Assembly (NCBI GenBank): GCA_021108075.1 | Contig: JAIORP010000197.1 | Coordinates: forward strand, 20,509 to 84,508 | Length of the DNA: 64,000 nucleotides | Reading direction: 5' to 3' | Source: Candidatus Omnitrophota bacterium | GTDB lineage: Bacteria; Omnitrophota; Gorgyraeia; Zapsychrales; Zapsychraceae | Shown: positions 46,416 to 55,368 of the stretch, piece by piece | Numbering within the stretch: position 1 is the first letter of the stretch | Layout: each line of letters begins with the position of its first letter | Notes under the pieces: model-generated | Database searches by the model: none | Seen by the model: the letters and a program-made list of their open reading frames with translations, nothing else | What the model was told of the DNA's origin: nothing | Position numbers and translations under genes: made by a program

Positions 46416-48899
46416 ATGAGCAAACGATCCCTGGATGAAACAAAACAAAAAAAACTGTTAAGTCATATAAAAAGATTTTCATCAGCCCGCAAAAAATATG
46501 TCGCGTATGAAAAATTCTTATCTACGGCATTGAAGGAACTGGTTTCACCCGTCACAAAACAATATGTTGTCGGTGCGCGCGCGAAAACCGTTCCCAGTTT
46601 TACCGGAAAAATTTTAAAAAAGATGGAAAAATATAAAGATCCTCTAACGGATATGACCGACCTCTGCGGCGCGCGTGTTATCCTGCAGACACAGGCGCAA
46701 GTCATGGCGGTTTGTGAAAGGATTAAACAATCGTTTACGATCGACTGGGCTAATTCATTAGATGCCAGTAGCCGTTTAAAAACAAGTGAATTCGGTTACC
46801 GCTCAATACATTTTATCGTCTCCGTTAACGAGGGCGTCGAGTGTATGCCTGGAACAAATGTAAAGATACCTTCGAAATTATACGGCCTTAAGGCTGAAAT
46901 ACAAGTCCGGACATTTTTAGAACATTCCTGGGCGGATTTTTGCCATGATATTATTTATAAATCAGAATTTAATGTTCCTGAAATATGGAAAAGGGAAGGC
47001 GCGACACTCGCGGCAATGTTGGAACAAGTGGACCACCAGTTCACGTCTATCCTTGATGGCCTTGGACAGTATGCCACAAGTTATGGCGTCTATATGCCTC
47101 CTGAAGATATTAAAAAAAAAATCAAACAACTGCAAGTTGTTTTACAACAAGATCCGAAAGATTTAAATCTGGTCGCTCAAATCGCGAGGATGATGGTTTC
47201 TCTTGAAATGTACACTGAAGCGATTGCCCTTTTAAGCCCTTATGAAGAAGACAAGAATGCCGACATTTTTAATTATTTAGGTTTATCTTTAATACGACAA
47301 AACACAAAAGATGCCCGCGCTCACAAAAAAGGAGTGAAATATTTAGAAGCTGCCATGGAGTTAAAAAATGTTGAAGCAATTTATAATTATGCCTTTTGTT
47401 TAAAGCAAGACCTCAAAAACTCTGAGTTACTTCAGTTGTATAAAGCAACTTATGAAATTTCACCGTCAAATCCAACCTATTTAGCGCAATATTTAAGTCT
47501 TGTTATCGTCACTCAAAAGTGTTTTGAAAGTGTCGACTTATTACGGCCTCATATTCTTAAAGCCATTGAGCTTTCCAGAGATCACGCGGATGTCGCGCTA
47601 AATGTTCCCCAAGTATTCATAGATATGGGTTTATTACATTTATTGCTCGGGCAACCCTATCAAAGTCTAGAGGCTTTTTCATGTGCGATCTCCCGTTGCG
47701 AGAGTCCCTTAGCAAAACTGATGCTGAGAGATTGCTTCACAACGCTCAAAACCCTTAAGGTCGTAAAGAATGACATCGAGGGATATGACGCTGTTTACCG
47801 TCTGCTTTTGCTCGGGATATACCGTTTCCACCCGGATGCTGTTCTGAGAAAAGAAATAAATAAATTAGCGACTAAAAATATTTCTAAACTATCAGCGCCG
47901 ATAACCATGATCGCTGGCGGATGCAATAAAAATCAAGAAGAGGTTATCAAAAAATACCAAGATATGACAGTCAAAGCGTTTGAACATTATCAAGGAACGA
48001 TTATATCCGGCGGCACAGCTAAAGGGGTCAATAAAATCGCCGGGGAGATCAAAAAAAAATATCCACAAAATGTCACAACTTGTGGTTATGTCTCATCCTC
48101 TTCATGTGTCACAAACGTGAAAAAGAATGTTGATCAGCTTCGTGTTACAGAAGGAAACGACTTTTCCCCATTAGAACCGTTACAAGCTTGGATCGATTTA
48201 ATTACTGACGATAAGAATCCTCAGCAAGTTAAAGTTATCGGCTTAAACGGAGGAAAAATTGCTTCCGTTGAATATCGCGTAGCCCTGGCTTTTGGCGCAA
48301 AAGTGGCGGTTATCAAGGGGAGTGGTAGAAAAGCCGATCAAATACTTAAAGATCCTGACTGGTCGACAAATAAAAACCTATTGGGGATACCGCCTGATAT
48401 GATGACACTAAAAGTATTTATCATGCCGGAAATCCCTGTCTTTAAGAATAAAAAGAAGCGACTCGAGATCGCCCAGAACATTCACGATGATTATCGCCGG
48501 GAACAAACACAGAACCTCGTGTCTAAGGATCCTGCCATGGCAACATGGCCAAATTTGAATGAGGGCCTTAAGGAATCAACCTTACGACAAGTCGACCATA
48601 TCGCTGCCAAACTGGCCATGCTGGGATATAACATTGTTCCGATCGAAAAGGCTTCTCAAAAAAATCGTTTCTTAATTGTTTCTGAACAGGAATTATTAGC
48701 GGAATTTGAACACGGCCGCTGGATGATTCAAAAGATGCTCGACGGTTGGCACTATGGAAAAGAAAAAAGTTTAAAGAACAAAACAAACCCATGTTTGGTG
48801 CAATGGGAGAACCTCCCGGAAAAGGAGAAGGATAAAGACAGGGTGACTGTCAAAAAAATCCCTGAATATTTAAAGACAGCCGGATACTCTTTTGAATAA
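46416..48899 (+). CDS. RelA/SpoT-type alarmone synthetase domain - TPR/helical region - SLOG domain - RyR domain fusion
   Basis: Synthetase motifs RAKTVPSFTGK, DLCGARV, GYRSIH, EIQVRT..H.WA...HD..YK; SLOG-like IISGGTAKGV..G and NGG....E...A......V.V.KGSGR.AD; RyR motifs IAQNIHDDY..W..L....KES and LAEFEHGRW....GW.YG......K..PCLV.W..L...EK.KDR. Confidence 0.85.
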   Translation: MSKRSLDETKQKKLLSHIKRFSSARKKYVAYEKFLSTALKELVSPVTKQYVVGARAKTVPSFTGKILKKMEKYKDPLTDMTDLCGARVILQTQAQVMAVCERIKQSFTIDWANSLDASSRLKTSEFGYRSIHFIVSVNEGVECMPGTNVKIPSKLYGLKAEIQVRTFLEHSWADFCHDIIYKSEFNVPEIWKREGATLAAMLEQVDHQFTSILDGLGQYATSYGVYMPPEDIKKKIKQLQVVLQQDPKDLNLVAQIARMMVSLEMYTEAIALLSPYEEDKNADIFNYLGLSLIRQNTKDARAHKKGVKYLEAAMELKNVEAIYNYAFCLKQDLKNSELLQLYKATYEISPSNPTYLAQYLSLVIVTQKCFESVDLLRPHILKAIELSRDHADVALNVPQVFIDMGLLHLLLGQPYQSLEAFSCAISRCESPLAKLMLRDCFTTLKTLKVVKNDIEGYDAVYRLLLLGIYRFHPDAVLRKEINKLATKNISKLSAPITMIAGGCNKNQEEVIKKYQDMTVKAFEHYQGTIISGGTAKGVNKIAGEIKKKYPQNVTTCGYVSSSSCVTNVKKNVDQLRVTEGNDFSPLEPLQAWIDLITDDKNPQQVKVIGLNGGKIASVEYRVALAFGAKVAVIKGSGRKADQILKDPDWSTNKNLLGIPPDMMTLKVFIMPEIPVFKNKKKRLEIAQNIHDDYRREQTQNLVSKDPAMATWPNLNEGLKESTLRQVDHIAAKLAMLGYNIVPIEKASQKNRFLIVSEQELLAEFEHGRWMIQKMLDGWHYGKEKSLKNKTNPCLVQWENLPEKEKDKDRVTVKKIPEYLKTAGYSFE

Positions 48900-48913
48900 G
48901 AATCCGATAATAA

Positions 48914-48993
48914 TACCAATTCCATTAAATAATGACCAAAACCAATTTTGCTTTTCAGAATTACGATAGAACAATTTATTAATGGATTTGGTA
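48914..48993 (+). mobile_element. MITE copy 5 (80-bp variant) between the synthetase and NUDIX genes
   Basis: TAA-TACCAATTCCATTAAATAATGACC...TTAATGGATTTGGTA-TGA (one mismatch in the duplicated target). Confidence 0.85.
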
Positions 48994-49020
48994 TGATCAC
49001 ATCGTAAAGAAAGGACTTGC

Positions 49021-49425
49021 ATGAAAACCAAACCCTATTTCTTATCTGTAAAAGCTTTGGTCAAGACTTCTGATGACCTATATTTATTATTACAACGCTC
49101 AGCAACGTCAAAAAATCACCCCGGATACTGGGAATTCCCGGGAGGAAAAATCGATCCGGGTGAAAGTTTTGATGTCGCCTTAGAACGCGAAATCAAAGAA
49201 GAAACCGGATTGACTGTTTCATTAATTAAGGTCATGGGTTCGGCTGAATCGGAAATAATTGACCGCCGCATCGCCTATATCATCATGCAAGCGGATGTCG
49301 AAGGACCGTCAGACATCCAATTAAGCGAAGAGCATGATGATTTCAAATGGGTGGCGAAAAAAGATATCGATGATTTTAACCTCTGTCCGCAGTTTATAGC
49401 GTTTGCCCAAGGAATGAAGGAATAA
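49021..49425 (+). CDS. NUDIX hydrolase
   Basis: WEFPGGKIDPGESFDVALEREIKEETGL (Nudix box); LSEEHDDFKW. Confidence 0.9.
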   Translation: MKTKPYFLSVKALVKTSDDLYLLLQRSATSKNHPGYWEFPGGKIDPGESFDVALEREIKEETGLTVSLIKVMGSAESEIIDRRIAYIIMQADVEGPSDIQLSEEHDDFKWVAKKDIDDFNLCPQFIAFAQGMKE

Positions 49426-49498
49426 ATAAAATCATATTTCAACACTTAGAATACTCATCTATTTTATGACGTTCCTTAAGAATCTGGAAACCACATTA

Positions 49499-49555
49499 TA
49501 CCAAATCCATAAATGACTTGTTCTATTTCAATTCTGGTCTTCTCGCTAAAGCGTC
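49499..49555 (-). mobile_element. MITE copy 6 (truncated half of the long variant)
   Basis: TTA-TACCAAATCCATAAATGACTTGTTCTATTTCAATTCTGGTCTTCTCGCTAAAGCGTC matches the reverse complement of the right half of copy 1 and breaks off at the hairpin loop. Confidence 0.75.
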
Positions 49556-49950
49556 AAAAATTAAAAAATATTACGCCAGTTTAATTAGACATGTGACCGT
49601 TTTTAAATTAATTTTTTGCTTATTCACAAAAATAGAAAAATTTAAATATTTCAGTTATATTCCTCATTTTGCAAGCATCTTTTAAGAAAATCATTAGCTT
49701 CCACTTAAATCAAGCGCTACGGCGGTTCAAAGGATTATCCCCACCCAAATTCCTTACAAAGAGCAATATTTGTATGTTCTGCATGATAGACTGAAACATG
49801 CCGGTATGAGATCATTTAACTTCTCTCATTATAATTATTTGCAGCCAGGAACTCGGGATGATCCATAAAGTTAAATTTTGTTTATGAATATATATATTAA
49901 TAGGTATATATATTAAAATAAACCGATCCGCGCTTCTCCGCAGAATTTCA

Positions 49951-49979
49951 TTGCATTATATAAGTATTATAGGTATAAT
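49951..49979 (+). promoter_or_regulatory. Sigma70-type promoter upstream of tRNA-Pro
   Basis: TTGCAT, 17 bp, TATAAT. Confidence 0.55.
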
Positions 49980-50096
49980 CACTTCTTGAATTCGTTTACG
50001 CTATACGTACCATTTATTAGGGATTTAGCTGGAGATTTCTCTATATTGTTTATCGCCAAGGACTTCTTGGTCTAACACAATATCGTCAACATTTTT

Positions 50097-50173
50097 CGGA
50101 GCGTAGCGCAGGGGCTTAGCGCACTTGTATGGGGTACAAGAGGTCGAGAGTTCAAATCTCTCCGCTCCGACCA
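50097..50173 (+). tRNA. tRNA-Pro(GGG)
   Basis: CGGAGCG/CGCTCCG acceptor stem, GCGC D-stem, CTTGT/ACAAG anticodon stem with ATGGGGT loop, GTTCAAATC T-loop, encoded CCA. Confidence 0.95.
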
Positions 50174-50212
50174 ATATAAAAATAATAATATCAAATTAGA
50201 GAAGATAACCTT

Positions 50213-50608
50213 ATGTTTAAAAAAAAACCAAAACCTATTTTCGATGAACGCCGGCAACATAAACGTATCGCCAAACAATTTATTTTGCATTATTATTTCC
50301 ATGACAAACCGAATAAAAAAGTTGAAATCACGCAGCTCAAAAACATCAGCATCGGAGGGATGTGCTTCATTTCGTCCAAGGCGATTGAACCCAATAAAGA
50401 AATCAAGATTGACTTGAAAACACCATATCTGGCCAATAAAGCCTATTTCAATGCCATTGTGCTTAATTCGCATGAACGTGTCGCCAATATCTTGTATGAA
50501 ACCCGGGTCAAGTTTGAACACTTGGACACAAAAACAGAAATTCTCGTGAAGCAAATGATGGAAGTCTTTCTTAAGGACCCAAAAGATATTCTCGGAGACG
50601 AGGGCTAG
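50213..50608 (+). CDS. PilZ-domain protein
   Basis: ERRQHKR (RxxxR) and NISIGG (D/NxSxxG). Confidence 0.85.
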   Translation: MFKKKPKPIFDERRQHKRIAKQFILHYYFHDKPNKKVEITQLKNISIGGMCFISSKAIEPNKEIKIDLKTPYLANKAYFNAIVLNSHERVANILYETRVKFEHLDTKTEILVKQMMEVFLKDPKDILGDEG

Positions 50609-50610
50609 TT

Positions 50611-51903
50611 ATGCGAAAAATCAATATTGGACTAATCGGATACGGCACAGTGGGTTCCGGCGTTGCCTTGTTTTTACAAAAACGGAAATCGATGATCCGC
50701 AAACGCTATCAGATTGATTTCAACATCAAATCGGTATGCGATTTAGATATTCATCAACGCGATACCAAAAGCATTAAGACGGCCCGTTTGACCACAAACT
50801 TCAACGACATCTTAAACGACACGTCGATTGATGTGGTCGTCGAGTTGATCGGGGGCACGCACCCCGCGAAAGAGATCGTCGTCGCAGCTTTAAAGAGCGG
50901 CAAAAATGTGGTCACAGCTAATAAAGCCCTCATCTCAAACTTCGGCAAAGAACTCTTTACCCTGGCCCGAAAGCATAACCGGCATCTTTATTTTGAATCT
51001 GCTGTCGGCGCGGGCATCCCCATCATCAAGACGTTGACCGAAGGTATTGTGGGCAATACCCATGACAGGGTTTACGGCATTGTAAACGGGACCTGCAATT
51101 ATATACTGACAGTCATGAAACGCCACAACTATACGTTTGAACGCGCCCTTAAAGACGCCCAGAAAAGGGGTTATGCCGAAAGTGATCCCACATTAGACAT
51201 TAACGGAATGGATTCCGCCCACAAATTAGCGATCCTGATCTATCTCGCTTTTGGAAAATTTGTATCCTTAAAAGACATTTATACCGAAGGGATTACCGAG
51301 ATATCCGCCGAAGATATTGAAAACGCCGACCAGATGGGGTTGACGATCAAACTGCTGGCGATCGCGAAAAAAGAAAAGAACCTCATCGAAGCCCGGGTTC
51401 ATCCCACGCTGATCCCTAAAGATCATCCGCTGGCGTCCATTCATGATGTCTTAAACGCGATCTATTTAAACGCGGATCCTCTGGGCGATATTCTCTTATC
51501 CGGAGAAGGCGCCGGCCAGATGGCAGCGGCTTCCGGCGTTGTGAGCGACCTGATCAACTACGCGTCAAAAACATTTGATACCGCCCTATACTGCAACCTC
51601 TACGATGAGAACGCCCAATTAAAGCTCAAAAAAATTGACGCGATTGAAACCAAATTTTATATCCGTTTCACGGTCATCGATCAACCCGGCGTTCTATCCA
51701 GGATATCCGGCATCTTAGGGAAACATCACATCAGCATCAATTCCGTCACCCAAAAAGCGCATAATAAAAAATCCGCCGTGCCGGTCATTATGCTAACGGA
51801 TTACACGACGGAGAAGAATATCGGTTTAGCCCTGAAAGCGATTCATAAATTACCGGTCATCAAAAGTAAACCCGTCGCGATTCGAATGGAGAAATTAGCG
51901 TGA
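50611..51903 (+). CDS. hom: Homoserine dehydrogenase (with ACT domain)
   Basis: [43 protein letters not shown]. Confidence 0.95.
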   Translation: MRKINIGLIGYGTVGSGVALFLQKRKSMIRKRYQIDFNIKSVCDLDIHQRDTKSIKTARLTTNFNDILNDTSIDVVVELIGGTHPAKEIVVAALKSGKNVVTANKALISNFGKELFTLARKHNRHLYFESAVGAGIPIIKTLTEGIVGNTHDRVYGIVNGTCNYILTVMKRHNYTFERALKDAQKRGYAESDPTLDINGMDSAHKLAILIYLAFGKFVSLKDIYTEGITEISAEDIENADQMGLTIKLLAIAKKEKNLIEARVHPTLIPKDHPLASIHDVLNAIYLNADPLGDILLSGEGAGQMAAASGVVSDLINYASKTFDTALYCNLYDENAQLKLKKIDAIETKFYIRFTVIDQPGVLSRISGILGKHHISINSVTQKAHNKKSAVPVIMLTDYTTEKNIGLALKAIHKLPVIKSKPVAIRMEKLA

Positions 51904-52952
51904 AATGGAAAGGCGTTATTGAACAATACAAAGATTATTTACCGGTCACAAACAATACGCCGATTATCTCCCTGAATGAAGGCAACACCCCTTTAATTTT
52001 CTCTGACAAAATTTCAGAAATCGTCGGGCTGAATGTTTACCTGAAATATGAAGGGCTCAATCCCACGGGATCATTTAAAGACCGGGGCATGACCATGGCC
52101 ATCTCCAAAGCTCTTGAAGAAGGCTCCAGGGCGGTTATGTGCGCGTCAACAGGGAATACGTCGGCCTCAGCCGCGGCTTACTCCGGCCGCTGCGGGCTCA
52201 AATGCATCGTCCTGATCCCTGAAGGCAATATCGCGCTGGGCAAACTGGCGCAAGCCATGATCCATAACGCGACGGTTATCGCTATTCAAGGGAATTTTGA
52301 TGACGCACTGAACCTCGTGCGCGAGATCACCGCGAACTATCCCATCGCCCTGGTCAATTCTTTGAATCCTTACCGCATCGAGGGGCAAAAGACGGCTGCT
52401 TTTGAAATTTGCGATTTTCTCGGCGACGCGCCGGATTTCCATGCCATTCCGGTTGGTAATGCCGGAAATATTACGGCCTATTGGAAAGGGTACAGCGAAT
52501 ATTTTGAGGCCTTAAAAATCACGAAGACGCCTCAGATGCTCGGGTTTCAGGCTGCCGGAGCAGCGCCCATTGTCCTGGACAAAGTGGTTGAATCCCCGGA
52601 AACGATCGCGACAGCCATTCGTATCGGTAATCCGGCCAGCTGGGAAAAAGCCGTTAACGCGCGCGACGAATCAGGGGGGCTGATCGAGTCTGTCACCGAC
52701 GAGGAAATCATCAGCGCCTATAAATTATTGGCCCGATATGACGGGGTGTTCGTTGAACCGGCGTCAGCAGCGTCTGTCGCGGGATTACTCAAACTGACAG
52801 AAAACAAATATTTTGAAAATTCTTCCGGCAATATCGTCTGCACGCTTACCGGTCATGGACTAAAAGACCCCCAAACAGCTATTGATAATGTATCCAAGCC
52901 GGTCACGGTTAAGAATGATTTGAAGGCTGTTTTAGACATTATCGGTCTTTAG
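51900..52952 (+). CDS. thrC: Threonine synthase
   Basis: [43 protein letters not shown]. Confidence 0.95.
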   Translation: MKWKGVIEQYKDYLPVTNNTPIISLNEGNTPLIFSDKISEIVGLNVYLKYEGLNPTGSFKDRGMTMAISKALEEGSRAVMCASTGNTSASAAAYSGRCGLKCIVLIPEGNIALGKLAQAMIHNATVIAIQGNFDDALNLVREITANYPIALVNSLNPYRIEGQKTAAFEICDFLGDAPDFHAIPVGNAGNITAYWKGYSEYFEALKITKTPQMLGFQAAGAAPIVLDKVVESPETIATAIRIGNPASWEKAVNARDESGGLIESVTDEEIISAYKLLARYDGVFVEPASAASVAGLLKLTENKYFENSSGNIVCTLTGHGLKDPQTAIDNVSKPVTVKNDLKAVLDIIGL

Positions 52953-53052
52953 CCTGACATCATAAGCTTGCGGCCTTCTTATATAAATAAAACGGACGCG
53001 GTACTAGCCATTTTTTTTCTTTTTTAAATTTATAACATGAGGTAACTGATTT

Positions 53053-53715
53053 ATGACACGACTATTAAGAGATATAAAAGTATTGATAACATCAGGTCCA
53101 ACCTGGGTGCCGATTGATGCCATGCGCGTTATTACAAATAAATCAACCGGATTAATGGGGCAAACATTGGCCAAACAATTTTCCAACGCAGGGGCCCAGG
53201 TCACTTTGCTGGAAGGCCCGGTGCTGAACAGCATTGAAGATATTGAATTCAACGTCAAATTAAAAAAATTTCAGTTTTTCAGCGAACTCGAAACCCTGTT
53301 CAAAAGGTCCCTGCGTCAAAAATACGACATGGTCCTGCACGCGGCCGCGGTATCCGACTATGAACTCAAAAAGGTCCCGAACAAAAAAATCCGTTCCGGC
53401 CAAAAGTCCCTGGACCTGAAACTGGAACCGACCACAAAACTCATTAATCAGGTCAAGAAGATCAGCCCAAAGACCTTTCTTGTGGGATTTAAGTGGGAGC
53501 CCAAAATATCTTTTTCAACGGTTAAGAAAGTAACCGCGTCTTTATTTCTAAAGGCGAAATGCGACATTGTAATCGCGAACACAACGGCCAATAATTCATA
53601 TACAGGATATATCGTCGACCAAAAAGCGAAGCAAACCATCCAGGTGAAATCCCGGGTGACTTTAGCCCAAGAATTGATTCAAATAGCTGAAAACCGCTTT
53701 AACACGCAAGAGTAA
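53053..53715 (+). CDS. coaB: Phosphopantothenate-cysteine ligase (stand-alone CoaB/DFP domain)
   Basis: LITSGPT..PID.MR.ITN.STG.MG, HAAAVSDY, LVGFK; no CoaC flavoprotein domain. Confidence 0.85.
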   Translation: MTRLLRDIKVLITSGPTWVPIDAMRVITNKSTGLMGQTLAKQFSNAGAQVTLLEGPVLNSIEDIEFNVKLKKFQFFSELETLFKRSLRQKYDMVLHAAAVSDYELKKVPNKKIRSGQKSLDLKLEPTTKLINQVKKISPKTFLVGFKWEPKISFSTVKKVTASLFLKAKCDIVIANTTANNSYTGYIVDQKAKQTIQVKSRVTLAQELIQIAENRFNTQE

Positions 53716-53722
53716 TATGTAA

Positions 53723-54922
53723 ATGAAATATATTGTCATTGTCCCTGACGGCATGGCCGATCAACCGTTAAAAGAATTAAACAACAGAACGCCTTTGCAG
53801 GTGGCCCGCACCACGAACATGGATTACCTGGCCCAAAATGGCATGATCGGACAAGTCCAAACGATTCCCCGGGGCATGCAACCCGGTTCGGAAGTGGGGA
53901 ATATGTCTATTCTCGGATATAATCCGGGCGTTTATTTATCCGGACGCGCGCCGTTGGAAGCTGCCAGCATGGGTATCACCCTGGCTGATGATGAGGTGGC
54001 CTTCCGCTGCAACCTCGTCACGGTCAACGGGCCGGTCATGGGCGATTACAGTGCCGGGCATATTTCATCCAGAGAAGCGAAGGTCTTAATCGAACATTTA
54101 AATGATCAACTCCGGTCCGGGCAGGTGGCCTTTTATCCCGGTAAAAGCTACCGCCATATCATGATCATCCAGGCGCGCCAACCCGAACAATATATCACCA
54201 TTAAAACAACACCGCCGCATGACATTATGGGCCGGAAGATCAACGCGTATTTACCGACAGGAACCCGGGCGCAAATGCTACAGAAGCTGATGGAACAATC
54301 GCGATCTTTGTTAGCCCATCACGAAATCAATAATGTGCGCGTGGACCTGAAAGAAAATCCGGCGAACATGATTTGGCTGTGGGGGCAAGGGGGACCGATC
54401 AAGCTGCCGTCCTACAGGGAAAAATATGGACTGGAAGGGGCCATTATTTCCGCGGTTGATCTCGTGCAGGGGCTGGGACGGGTGGCCGGATTAGAAGTTA
54501 TTGACGTCCCAAATATCACAGGGTATTATGATACAAATTATTTGGGGAAAGCCCGGTACGCGCTTAAAGCCTTGCAAAGTAAAGATTTTGTCTACGTTCA
54601 TATCGAAGCTCCGGATGAAGCCGGTCATAACGGTGACGTGCAGGAAAAAATCAACGCGATCGAACGGATCGACAAGGACGTGATTGGAACGGTCTTAAAT
54701 CATTTTAATCAACAGGATGATGTCCGCCTGATGGTTGTATCCGATCATCCGACACCATTGGCCCTCAGGACACACACATCTGATCCCGTTGGGTTTGTGA
54801 TGTACGGCAGCCGTATCCCGCAGCAAGGGGCTGATCGTTTTGATGAGACCACTGTGAAAGACAGAATGTTTATCGATAGCGGAGAGGATTTGATGCAAAC
54901 ATTCTTGAAAAAATATCTTTGA
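53723..54922 (+). CDS. apgM: Cofactor-independent phosphoglycerate mutase-like protein (ApgM; proposed homoserine kinase family)
   Basis: PDGMAD, TPLQ.A.T, PGSEV.NMSILGY, GRAPLEA, HIEAPDEAGH, DHPTP....TH. Confidence 0.9.
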   Translation: MKYIVIVPDGMADQPLKELNNRTPLQVARTTNMDYLAQNGMIGQVQTIPRGMQPGSEVGNMSILGYNPGVYLSGRAPLEAASMGITLADDEVAFRCNLVTVNGPVMGDYSAGHISSREAKVLIEHLNDQLRSGQVAFYPGKSYRHIMIIQARQPEQYITIKTTPPHDIMGRKINAYLPTGTRAQMLQKLMEQSRSLLAHHEINNVRVDLKENPANMIWLWGQGGPIKLPSYREKYGLEGAIISAVDLVQGLGRVAGLEVIDVPNITGYYDTNYLGKARYALKALQSKDFVYVHIEAPDEAGHNGDVQEKINAIERIDKDVIGTVLNHFNQQDDVRLMVVSDHPTPLALRTHTSDPVGFVMYGSRIPQQGADRFDETTVKDRMFIDSGEDLMQTFLKKYL

Positions 54923-54929
54923 GGGATAG

Positions 54930-55330
54930 TATTTAATATTTAATATCTGGTATCTTGTATCTAGCGAGGTAATAACTGACATACTGGGTGATATCGTTGC
55001 GGATTATTTAATTTATTTTGCGTTGTTTAGTAAAAATTTCAATTGATTTCATCAAAAAGAGTATAAACATTTTCTTTTCATAGCATTGGGATCTTGCGCC
55101 GAAGTTGAGACTTTAATTGATATAGATTCAGAACTAAAATATATTTCACAATCTAAACATGAAGATGTTAAAACAAATTGTTCACGAAAGTCGAATGATT
55201 AGGAGTTTAAGAACAAAGTTATACTTGCAGAATAAAAAAAATTGAGACGTATTTACGAATATTATTTGTTTTTAATATACGCTATCTTTAATAATTCCAG
55301 CACCTCGAGATACTAGATACAAATTAAATA
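54930..55330 (+). pseudogene. Degenerate four-helix-bundle (23S rRNA IVS-protein-like) gene flanked by inverted heptamer repeats
   Basis: From 55047 it reads FHQKEYKHFLFIALGSCAEVETLIDI..EL.YI. Left flank TATTTAA TATTTAA TATCTGG TATCTTG TATCTAG CGAGGT; right flank ACCTCG AGATA CTAGATA. Confidence 0.65.
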
Positions 55331-55368
55331 ACAAAAATTATATCTTTTAAAGAAACAAGGAAGACATC

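Noticed and set aside
1581-49555. Recurring TAATACCAATTCC... repeats as a CRISPR array
   Set aside because: Copies are dispersed over kilobases, 80-102 bp long, in both orientations and with target duplications; there is no repeat-spacer periodicity and no cas genes.
50097-50173. tRNA-Pro as integration site with att duplication, and its slightly atypical D-loop (AGGGGCTTA)
   Set aside because: No duplicated tRNA end or integrase found in the window; the D-loop still contains GG and all stems pair, so it is treated as a normal tRNA.
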